DNA of 32,000 nucleotides from Okeania sp. (GTDB lineage Bacteria; Cyanobacteriota; Cyanobacteriia; Cyanobacteriales; Microcoleaceae): assembly GCF_035285525.1 (NCBI RefSeq), contig NZ_JAYKGW010000173.1:1-32000 (forward strand), written 5' to 3'. Below, in pieces: positions 9,127 through 16,840 of the stretch. The notes beneath the pieces were generated by a model that saw nothing but the letters and a program-made list of their open reading frames with translations, made no database searches and was not told the origin of the DNA. Each line of letters opens with the position of its first letter. Within the stretch, counting starts at the first letter, position 1. A program made the translations under genes and the position numbers.

Positions 9127-9184
9127 GTAGGGGTTTGGTCTCCAAACCAGGGGCATAAATGGGATTGGGAAACCAAACCCCTAC
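9127..9184. repeat. Palindromic element (GTAGGGGTTTGGT..ACCAAACCCCTAC)
   Basis: The 13-nt arms are perfectly complementary. The left arm contains its own small hairpin, GGTTTGGtctCCAAACC. It accounts for the spurious ORF at 9050-9247. Confidence 0.8.
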
Positions 9185-10127
9185 GCTCAGATTTGACAAC
9201 TTATTTAAGATTATTATACTAATTGTAAATACTTTAGATAACCTCAAATAAAAACTTAATTAAAAACATTAATTAACTAAGAAAGCCTCGCAGTTTTAAT
9301 CGACAAAACTGTGAGGCGGGTCTATCTATACAGAATCTAGTTATTCTATGACAAAATAATTATAGGGAAGGTTCCCTCATTTGTCAAAACTATGATATTA
9401 TAAGTATTTCTTGTGGAATGCTGGGGAAACAGCCATCAGCTATCTGCTATTGTTTTTATTGTGCAATCTAAAGCTTTATTCATGTTAGCATCTAGCCGTA
9501 ATATATATAGCTAGTCTATGTACAGAGGAACTGGGAAATTCAGAAATTAGTTATTAACTAAACTGTTACATCGTAGAAAAAATTAATCTCCAAGGAGAAT
9601 CAAAACTAATAGACATCTCCCAAAATCAAAATTAAAATCAATTATTATCCATAAATTATCAATTCTTCTTCCCAGTTAAGTGTTCTTAGTTCAAGTATTC
9701 CCTCTTGATCTGGAGATGTCTAATAAATAAAATTGATTATTATTTAACCTGAAAATTTGCTGAATTTTTCCCAAAGCTGAATGGGAGGATATTCCACACC
9801 GAAAAGCTGACAGCTAATAACTGAATTCTTACTTATTAATTGAACCAGAATTAAATCTGTCTATAAACAAAAGTATTGCTATATTTAATCAATGAATAAT
9901 CAATAACTAACAATGGATAATTAAAAAGTATAAAGTGTATATTTATGGTAATTTAGGAATAAAATTAGGTAATTAATTTTGCCTAGGTACTTAATTAATT
10001 TATTAATGAATTATTCATAACTAATTGATTATCAATTATCCATTATCCATTATTAATTAGGGCTGGCTGATTAAATCTAAAAGTATTCACAGATAAATAT
10101 TTCAGTCTTTTTAGGGTCTGGTCTGGT

Positions 10128-10348
10128 TTATCGGGAACCGTAAAAGTGCAAATTTTTAGGCGGATCAGGTTGAAAAACTTAGTATTTTACATTAACTAGA
10201 AAAGAAAAATTAAGCAACTATTTTTTCAAGTACTTCTTCTATAACTCACCGCTTATGCTTATTCTGTAAGGAAGTTGCAGTAAGGACGTCCTTATGCAAC
10301 GTTCCTAGACACTCCCTACCAAGTGAAAAAGACTTCTTCAGCAAACCC
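10128..10348 (-). repeat. Dispersed repeat family copy (diverged)
   Basis: Contains TTTATCGGGAACCGTAAAAGT (also at about 22100), GGACGTCCTTATGCAACGT (compare 3445-3465) and the terminal TTCAGCAAACCC. It ends about 10 nt before the stop of the ABC-ATPase gene. Confidence 0.6.
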
Positions 10349-10358
10349 TAATTATTAA

Positions 10359-12206
10359 TTATTTAACTGTTAAAGTACGCAAACGATTTATCGCTGCTGC
10401 TAACTCAAAACGTCGGAAAAAAGCTAAATCTCCTTGTGGAAAAGGAACTAAAACATCCAAACTTTTAGATTCAATATCTGCCATCACAGCATCAATAATT
10501 TCTAATAAAGTCCGATTGCCATCCATATATTGTTTCTTAGCATAAACCATAGCAGCACCAATAGCTCTTACTTGGTCTTTACTCACCAACTGTTCCACTG
10601 CGGAAAGGTCAACATCTTCACTGCCAAACACCACCTCATCAACATCCCGCACTTTCAAACGTACATCTCGTCGTCCCCGACTGTGGTCTAGACTTGCAGG
10701 TTGTGGTATTCGGCCTCGAATGTCCCCAAATTTTTCCCCACCTTCAGCAGTACGACCAGTAGTGTATTGCTCGGCGATCTCCTTAGCTTTTTCTGTAACT
10801 TCTTGCGCTACAAAGTTTTCCATGGCAATGACTTTATCTGCCACTTCAAAATAATCACCACTACCACCCATAACTAAAATAGTTGAGACTTGATGCTCCG
10901 CATATAAATGTCGTACCTTATCAATAAAAGGAGTAATAGGTTCCTGTTCTTTAGCAATAAGTTCTTGCATTCGGCGATCGCGAATCATAAAGTTAGTAGC
11001 TGCCGTATCCTCATCCACTAACAACACAGGAGATGTTGTTTTGGTTGTTGTACCTTCTTCAGAATTACCTTCTTCAGAATTACTTTTTCTTAAACCTGCT
11101 TCTAAAGCTTCCACAATATTTGCAGCTTGAGAGGTACTACCACTAGCATTGTCTGTAGTAAATTCCTCAGTCGAACGACCCTGAGGCAACTGATTAATAA
11201 AAGGAGAAATATCTACACCAGCGACACTACGACCATCCTCAGCTCTAATTTTAATAGCCCCCGGATCTGTGACTACAAATTCCCTTCCATCACCAGGTAC
11301 ATGATTATAAACCCCCAGTTCAATAGCTTTCAGGAGAGTTGACTTACCATGATAACCACCACCAACAATTAAAGTCACCCCTTGAGGGATTCCCATACCA
11401 GAAATCTTACCTTGATTCGGACATTTCAATTCTACCTCCAAAGAAGGGGGAGACTTAAATGGTACGACTTCCTCAGATGATAAAGGGCGATGGTCAACCC
11501 CACTGCGACGAGGTAAAATTGCTCCATTTGCCACAAAAGCCACTAAATTTTTTTCTGGCAACTGTTTCCGTAACCAATCTGCATCCTCTACAGTTTCTAC
11601 ATGACGGCGACAAGCTTCAGCATCTAATTGTTCATATTTGAGACTGCGGTGAACAATATAAGGTATATCATCACAAAGCATTTCTGCTGCTTGCCTTCCT
11701 AAAATCCGACGACCACCAGCAGGTAATCCTACTACTAATCTGACTTCCACACCTTTTTGATTTGTCACCTTGATTGGTTTTGCTCTTTGTAAAGCTGGGT
11801 TTGTGCCTGGTTCTGGTTTTGTAGCTGGAGGAGCTAACTTAATCAGGTATGCTGATGTCCTTTCTAGAACTTCCTGTCCCATTTTTGTAATTGCTATCAT
11901 CCCACTTTTACCTGTCCCACGTCTGCCACTAACTTCGTAGGCCAGTCTGTCAAATTTACGGGTCAGGAAATCTCGTAGGGCCATTTCCCGAATGGGATTT
12001 TCATAAAGTTCTTGAGGAAAGCCAGTGACCGTATAAGGCACCTGTACCCGAAGCTTACTAGGGGCGGCAAAGGGGTCTCCCTGAACATAGTCAATAATTA
12101 GGGTAAAGTCAGGAAATTCGTAACTACCTTGAATATCTCTATAGGCTTTGTAGTTACCGTTATCTAAGTCTAAGAGTTTCTTCCTGAGAGTTTGTTGATT
12201 AGTCAT
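10359..12206 (-). CDS. ABC-ATPase domain-containing protein (predicted ATPase of the ABC class)
   Basis: 615 aa. The N-terminal YKAYRDIQGSYEFPDFTLIIDYVQGDPFAAPS is characteristic of this family. It also has a Walker A-like IVGGGYHGKSTLL and a Walker B-like VLLVDEDTAATNF. An NSEEGNSEEG insert is encoded by a 2x15-bp tandem duplication at 11052-11081. Confidence 0.85.
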   Translation of the reverse strand: MTNQQTLRKKLLDLDNGNYKAYRDIQGSYEFPDFTLIIDYVQGDPFAAPSKLRVQVPYTVTGFPQELYENPIREMALRDFLTRKFDRLAYEVSGRRGTGKSGMIAITKMGQEVLERTSAYLIKLAPPATKPEPGTNPALQRAKPIKVTNQKGVEVRLVVGLPAGGRRILGRQAAEMLCDDIPYIVHRSLKYEQLDAEACRRHVETVEDADWLRKQLPEKNLVAFVANGAILPRRSGVDHRPLSSEEVVPFKSPPSLEVELKCPNQGKISGMGIPQGVTLIVGGGYHGKSTLLKAIELGVYNHVPGDGREFVVTDPGAIKIRAEDGRSVAGVDISPFINQLPQGRSTEEFTTDNASGSTSQAANIVEALEAGLRKSNSEEGNSEEGTTTKTTSPVLLVDEDTAATNFMIRDRRMQELIAKEQEPITPFIDKVRHLYAEHQVSTILVMGGSGDYFEVADKVIAMENFVAQEVTEKAKEIAEQYTTGRTAEGGEKFGDIRGRIPQPASLDHSRGRRDVRLKVRDVDEVVFGSEDVDLSAVEQLVSKDQVRAIGAAMVYAKKQYMDGNRTLLEIIDAVMADIESKSLDVLVPFPQGDLAFFRRFELAAAINRLRTLTVK

Positions 12207-12498
12207 TTTTCAGGTGCCAGATGTCATTTTAGTTATCATTTATCAGTTATCAGTACCTTTAGCTAAAGCCAATAGATTTGATATTTGACAATTTTTTTAG
12301 TCAGTGCTTGTGGCAATAGAGGATATTTTCAAGATGAATGAATATATCTCTATTAGTAAACAAAAAGCTTACACCAAAATCTGTAATTATAGTCTAATGA
12401 CTGCTATTGTTTTCCAGATTATATAAGTTAATGTAAATCTTGAATTATACCTTAGCAATAATTTAATGTCAAGTAAACAAATATCAGAAAATTAAGTT

Positions 12499-12566
12499 GG
12501 AGATGGGGGGATGTGGAGATGGGGAGATGGGGAGATGGGGGGGATGGGGAGATGGGGGGATTGGGT
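12499..12566. repeat. Octamer tandem array (GGGGAGAT-like)
   Basis: ggagatggggggatgtggagatggggagatggggagatgggggggatggggagatgggggga, immediately downstream of the pentapeptide gene stop. The same unit occurs at 22128 and, inverted, at 16377. Confidence 0.9.
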
Positions 12567-12574
12567 AAGTCCTG

Positions 12575-13513
12575 TTAATAAAAAGAATTTGCGCAGTCGC
12601 GATCGCTAACCACCCCATTAGGTAGAATTGTATTGCACAATTCCATTGTTTCCCAGGAAATATTTTCCTGTTCAATTCCGGCAAAACTTGTGCCTCTTAA
12701 GTCTGTTCCTTGGAAATTAACACTTCTAATAGTAGTAGTCTCTCTGGGAAAAGATCTGACTGAAACTGTTTTGAGGGTACATTCATTAGCAGCAAAACAA
12801 GCTCTTTCCAGAAAAGCATTTTCTAGGTTAGTTTGTTCTAGAATAGCTCCTCCAAGATAGGTATCAGATAGGTTTGCTTGTTTTAAATTTGTCAATTTTA
12901 GATTAGTTCCTTGTAAGTTAGCTCCCTGTAAATTTGCTTTCTGAAGGTCAGCACCTTGTAAATTAGCTCCCTGCAAATTAACCCCTGTAAGTATTGCTGC
13001 CTTCAAATTACTGTTAGTGAAGTCAGTATTTGCTAGGTTTGCTCCTTCTAAATTTGCATAAGCTAAATTTGCATTCTGAAAATTGCCATAACTTATTTGG
13101 GCAGCTTCAAATTTAGCACCTTGAAGATTTGCCGACTCAAATTTAGCACCTCTCAGATTTGCTCCTTGTAAATTCGCTAACATTAAATCAGCATTTTCCA
13201 TGCTAGCATTTATGAGATTAGCCGTCCTGAAATCAGCATACATAAGTTTAGATTTTTGCCACTGAGTATTAGAACAGTTTGCTCCTTCAAAGTTAGTTCC
13301 TTTGCCATGAACTTTTTGTAGGTTTGCTCCCTCTAACTGAGAAAAATTTAAGTTGAGTCCTTGTATACTTACTCCTTCCAATTTACATCCTAAACACTCA
13401 TTACTCTCTAACAAATATTGGAAAGTAACTGGTTGAGGAGAATTTATGGCAGCGATCGCGCTGCCTAAACTGAGGAGTCCTGCTAGAGCTAATAGTAATA
13501 ATAAGTGTTTCAT
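12575..13513 (-). CDS. Secreted pentapeptide-repeat protein
   Basis: I place the start at ATG 13513, which gives MKHLLLLLALAGLLSLGSAIAA, a signal-peptide-like N-terminus. Long runs of A(N/D)LxG pentapeptides follow (ANLQGANLRGAKFESANLQGAKF...). The listed 422-aa ORF extends upstream only by reading through a heptamer array. Confidence 0.85.
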   Translation of the reverse strand: MKHLLLLLALAGLLSLGSAIAAINSPQPVTFQYLLESNECLGCKLEGVSIQGLNLNFSQLEGANLQKVHGKGTNFEGANCSNTQWQKSKLMYADFRTANLINASMENADLMLANLQGANLRGAKFESANLQGAKFEAAQISYGNFQNANLAYANLEGANLANTDFTNSNLKAAILTGVNLQGANLQGADLQKANLQGANLQGTNLKLTNLKQANLSDTYLGGAILEQTNLENAFLERACFAANECTLKTVSVRSFPRETTTIRSVNFQGTDLRGTSFAGIEQENISWETMELCNTILPNGVVSDRDCANSFY

Positions 13514-13640
13514 TGAACTAATCCTATTTTTACAGCGTTTTCGGTTGGCGATGATATCATGTACAGTAGCATCAGAGCATGTATAAAATTTTTGACTATT
13601 AAGACTTACCCAAAAAACAAAATTATACACCATCTCTCCC

Positions 13641-13733
13641 GTTCCCTGTTCTGTTCCGTGTTCCGTGTTCCGTGTTCCGTGTTCCGTGTTTCGTGTTCCC
13701 TGTTCTGTTTCGTGTTTCGTGTTCCCTGTTCCC
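13641..13733. repeat. Heptamer tandem array (GTTCCGT-like)
   Basis: gttccctgttctgttccgtgttccgtgttccgtgttccgtgttccgtgtttcgtgttccctgttctgtttcgtgtttcgtgttccctgttccc, between pgsC-like and the pentapeptide gene. Confidence 0.9.
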
Positions 13734-13740
13734 TTATTAA

Positions 13741-14748
13741 TTAAATAAATACCTGAAGTTGTTTGATATAAGTGGCTAAAATATTCAGAGTTATCGCCAC
13801 TAGGGCAACGAGACTTATATATTTTAAACCGCCTTTTTTCCAATATAACAAGGAATCATTTACCAGTGTAATCATAGCAATAACCACTAATAAATTTAAG
13901 CCTCGGAAGGGAACCAATGTCGGATTATATTGTAGTAACAATAACTCAACGCCCCAAACATAAACCACACTCATAAATAATACCAAACCATAACGATTAA
14001 GTCCGATAGTGAGACTATAGCGACAAATCAGCCAACTTAAACTTCCAACTAAAAGACATCCTAGCAAAAAAGTAACAGCACTTAGAGGTTCCATTAACAA
14101 AGCAGCAGCAGCAGGAAGAACAATATAACCCCCAGAGCGTACTGATGACCTCTGGTAAATCAAGTAACTTAAAACCAAGACTAAACCAAATTGCAGTAGG
14201 GGATAACTGAACTCAATATCTAATGTTTCTGCATAAGCAGGATGTACTATATTAAAATCTATATCTAACCAATACCAACCTAACCAATAAATTGTTGCTA
14301 CTATTCCCCCGGTAAATAGTGTAGTGATGCCAACACCTTGAACCACTCTCAACTGTTTTTGTTTCGTCCAACTGAAGGCAATGATAGCAGGAATTAAACT
14401 TCCTGTCATACCTTCCTCAGAGAATTGCACCCAACCCAAGTTGTCGTATAAGATGGCAAGGGGATAGACTAAGCAGAGAGACATGATAGCCAGAATATAC
14501 ATTGGTGTCCGAGGTTGTAACGATTTCAAATGGCTAAAATATCGTTGATAGAGAGAAAATAAGATAAAAGCCAAACCTATTAAGCTAATACCCCATATAG
14601 GGGATAATATAATTGTTACTACTAACAATCCTGGAACAATAACCCCTCCAGGAACTATGCCTTCATTATCTTTATAATAAATGGCTGCAAAAGCACCGAT
14701 GAGCAATGCTAAACGGGTAATTTCTGAGGTGTTGAGGAATTCAAACAT
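13741..14748 (-). CDS. PgsC/CapC-like polytopic membrane protein, apparently internally duplicated
   Basis: 335 aa and very hydrophobic. The N-terminal half has NEGIVPGGVIVPGLL, which resembles Bacillus CapC/PgsC EKTGIVPAGLVVPGYL. The second half repeats the theme (SGGYIVLPAAAALL). It overlaps the pgsB-like stop by 40 nt. Confidence 0.65.
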   Translation of the reverse strand: MFEFLNTSEITRLALLIGAFAAIYYKDNEGIVPGGVIVPGLLVVTIILSPIWGISLIGLAFILFSLYQRYFSHLKSLQPRTPMYILAIMSLCLVYPLAILYDNLGWVQFSEEGMTGSLIPAIIAFSWTKQKQLRVVQGVGITTLFTGGIVATIYWLGWYWLDIDFNIVHPAYAETLDIEFSYPLLQFGLVLVLSYLIYQRSSVRSGGYIVLPAAAALLMEPLSAVTFLLGCLLVGSLSWLICRYSLTIGLNRYGLVLFMSVVYVWGVELLLLQYNPTLVPFRGLNLLVVIAMITLVNDSLLYWKKGGLKYISLVALVAITLNILATYIKQLQVFI

Positions 14749-16016
14749 ACTTTCTGTTTTGCTTTTTTGTGTTTTGCTTTTTTGTGTTTTGCTTTTTTGT
14801 CTGTTTCTAAAATCGGACTTTGAACTAAAGTTTGGAATAAAGTCAAAAGTTTTTGTGCTTGAGGAGTATGGATGTTAACAGCTCCTACTAATAGAATATT
14901 TTTCTTCTCTATTGTTTGGGTAATTTGGGTGAGTAAACTGGTGGCAGGGGAATCTTTATAAACAGTTGAATCACCTAATAACAATAGACGTTCTGGGGTA
15001 GCAGTGAAAAACTTTTCTACTTCTGCTTCGCAACTTCCTATAGTCACAACTCGGTCAAAGTTCATGCTTTGGCTGAGTCGAGCAAATAAGTTGACTCGTG
15101 GTAGTCTATCAGAACGGTTGTTCAGTAAGACAACTTTGGCGTGTTGAGGATATTGGGCAAAAATTCGCTGGCAGAGTAATTGAAAACTTTCTCTATCGTT
15201 GACAGCAAATAAATTAGCCCAAATAATGTTAGAGTCTTTCCAGTTAATAGGTTCCAATTTCAATGCACTTTCATCGTTAAGAGTTTGCCACATAGCTCGC
15301 AACGCTCGTTTTCTAGGAACTTTTAATAGGTTGGCAACTTCCAGAGCGATCGCCACATTTTCTTCTATGGCAACTGCACTAAACCCTTTTAAATCTGTAG
15401 TTTTGATTTGACTAGAGTCTACAGCAATAAGTTTAGTTCCCCTCTTTTCTGCCTCAGTCTGGAGAATTTTGAGTAATTCCGGGTTGGACTCAGATGTAAT
15501 TAGCTTACCATTTCTGGGAATAGTGGCTGCTAGGGAATAGGCTATTTCTTCCAGAGTTTCTCCTAGATAGTCTGGATGATCGTAGCGAACATTGGTAATA
15601 ATTCCCAGATCAGAGCGCATGACTTTTTGTTCCAACCATTCTGCATAGACTGGGTTAATAGCCATACATTCCATAACCACAGCTTCTGCTCCTTGGCGAA
15701 AAAAACTCCGCATTACATCTACTTGCTCGTTAACGTTAGGATAACCTTTCCGCTCCCAAACAGATTCTTTACCGTTAGGATGAATAATATGGGCGGTACT
15801 ACCAGTAATTTTGCCAAAGGTTTTATAACCTGCTGCTTGCACAACTGCTGCTACATAACGGGTTACGGTTGATTTACCCCGAATCCCATTCACATGAACT
15901 CGATACAAAATTTGGTCTCGTTTTTGACGAAATTGCTGATAGCGAATTAGCAAGTATAGAAAATAGATACCTAAGCTAGCAAAGGTAACAAAGAAAGGTA
16001 TAGCCTCCTTAAACAT
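14709..16016 (-). CDS. pgsB: Poly-gamma-glutamate synthase PgsB/CapB-like (Mur-ligase family)
   Basis: It has an N-terminal TM helix. VHVNGIRGKSTVTRYVAAVVQAAGYKTFGKITGS and VMECMAINPVY match Bacillus PgsB (VNINGIRGKSTVTRL..GYKT.GKTTG, ECMAVNP). I prefer ATG 16016, which has GGAGGGAGG 10-20 nt upstream, over the TTG at 16028 used by the ORF track. Confidence 0.85.
   Translation of the reverse strand: MFKEAIPFFVTFASLGIYFLYLLIRYQQFRQKRDQILYRVHVNGIRGKSTVTRYVAAVVQAAGYKTFGKITGSTAHIIHPNGKESVWERKGYPNVNEQVDVMRSFFRQGAEAVVMECMAINPVYAEWLEQKVMRSDLGIITNVRYDHPDYLGETLEEIAYSLAATIPRNGKLITSESNPELLKILQTEAEKRGTKLIAVDSSQIKTTDLKGFSAVAIEENVAIALEVANLLKVPRKRALRAMWQTLNDESALKLEPINWKDSNIIWANLFAVNDRESFQLLCQRIFAQYPQHAKVVLLNNRSDRLPRVNLFARLSQSMNFDRVVTIGSCEAEVEKFFTATPERLLLLGDSTVYKDSPATSLLTQITQTIEKKNILLVGAVNIHTPQAQKLLTLFQTLVQSPILETDKKAKHKKAKHKKAKQKVCLNSSTPQKLPV
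14756..14800. repeat. 3 x 15-bp tandem repeat inside the 3' end of pgsB-like
   Basis: gttttgcttttttgt repeats three times exactly. On the minus strand it encodes KKAKHKKAKHKKAKQ. It sits 8 nt upstream of the pgsC-like ATG. Confidence 0.95.
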
Positions 16017-16279
16017 CTGAAATTTCAACCTCCCTCCTAATTTATGTATAAAGTTGGCTTCGCCCGGTTATTTTGGCTTATTAAATTCGACACACTGGTT
16101 TTTCCAATCTCCAGGACTTACGCAGCCACCTATAGTGTTTAAAACCCCATACGCAATAGTTTATATAGAAACCTTATGGTATCTTTACAAAGCTGTGTTT
16201 TTTTGCCTAAGTCAGGAGTCAACTCACCCCTAACCCCGACCGTGGAGGGGAAATAAGGAAAAAGCTAGAAAAATAGTCT

Positions 16280-16618
16280 TATAGTTATTCTGAATAAGAA
16301 TGAAACATTTTTTGAGCTGAAACCTTTTAACAGTAATAAATTATTGTCTCAGTCTAAACCAGAATGACTATATATTCACCATCTCCCCATCTCCCCATCT
16401 CACCATCTCACTATCTCACCATCTCTTTACCTATTTACCTATTTAATGCCAAACACTCTTAGGTCAGAACTAGCCACAGATCCTGATGTATTGTTACCAA
16501 AATAACGTTTACTTAGATCAACTTTTATAGTTATTCTGAATAAGAATGAAACATTTTTTGAGCTGAAACCCTTTGACAGCAATAAATTATTGTCTCAGTC
16601 TAAAACAGAATGACTATA
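16280..16618. repeat. Two 93-bp MITE-like direct repeats flanking an octamer array
   Basis: tatagttattctgaataagaatgaaacattttttgagctgaaacc.ttt.acag.aataaattattgtctcagtctaaa.cagaatgactata occurs at 16280-16372 and 16526-16618. Each unit has terminal inverted repeats TATAGTTATTCTG/CAGAATGACTATA. The CCATCTC(C/A) octamer array lies at 16377-16425. Confidence 0.9.
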
Positions 16619-16639
16619 GTCATTCCAGTACGGTTCCCT

Positions 16640-16735
16640 AAAAATCATGCATTGTAGGATTTTGGGCATTTCGAGGGGTAGAAAACAAAAGGAAGATTCT
16701 TCTGTACGGACGTTGCATCCAATGTCCCTACTCTT
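16640..16735 (+). repeat. Partial copy of the dispersed repeat family
   Basis: gattcttctgtacggacgttgcatccaatgtccctac matches copy A at 1045-1085. Confidence 0.7.
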
Positions 16736-16759
16736 CTATGATTCCCATTCCCATAATGA

Positions 16760-16840
16760 TTCTGACTTCTGGCTTCTGGCTTCTGGATTCTGGCTCCTGG
16801 CTCCTGGCTTCTGGCTCCTGGATTCTGGCTCCTGGCTTCT
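16760..16840. repeat. Heptamer tandem array (TTCTGGC/TCCTGGC)
   Basis: ttctgacttctggcttctggcttctggattctggctcctggctcctggcttctggctcctggattctggctcctggcttct. It runs up to the capA-like stop codon (16839-16841). Confidence 0.9.

Noticed and set aside
11127-11641. Short ORFs antisense to, or nested within, long well-supported genes
   Set aside because: The ORFs are 6832-7035, 11127-11342, 11459-11641, 12633-12860, 13559-13744, 13772-13963, 14681-14878, 15199-15411, 15576-15872, 19877-20317, 21018-21296, 21359-21658, 23370-23573 and 27802-28068. Each is fully embedded opposite, or within, a gene with clear family motifs. None shows a recognisable motif. Such antisense frames are expected by chance in AT-rich DNA.
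12340-12435. 30-codon ORF (MNEYISISKQKAYTKICNYSLMTAIVFQII) in the gap upstream of the ABC-ATPase gene
   Set aside because: It has no ribosome-binding site or recognisable motif, and its AT-rich composition is typical of the intergenic DNA. It cannot be distinguished from chance.
13514-13843. N-terminal 110-aa extension of the pentapeptide-repeat ORF (listed start 13843)
   Set aside because: The extension reads through the GTTCCGT heptamer array (GTRNTEHGTRNTEHG..) and overlaps the pgsC-like 3' end. The internal ATG at 13513 gives a clean signal peptide.
16017-16028. TTG start at 16028 for the PgsB-like gene
   Set aside because: ATG at 16016 is four codons downstream. It is better spaced from the GGAGGGAGG Shine-Dalgarno-like sequence at 16029-16040.
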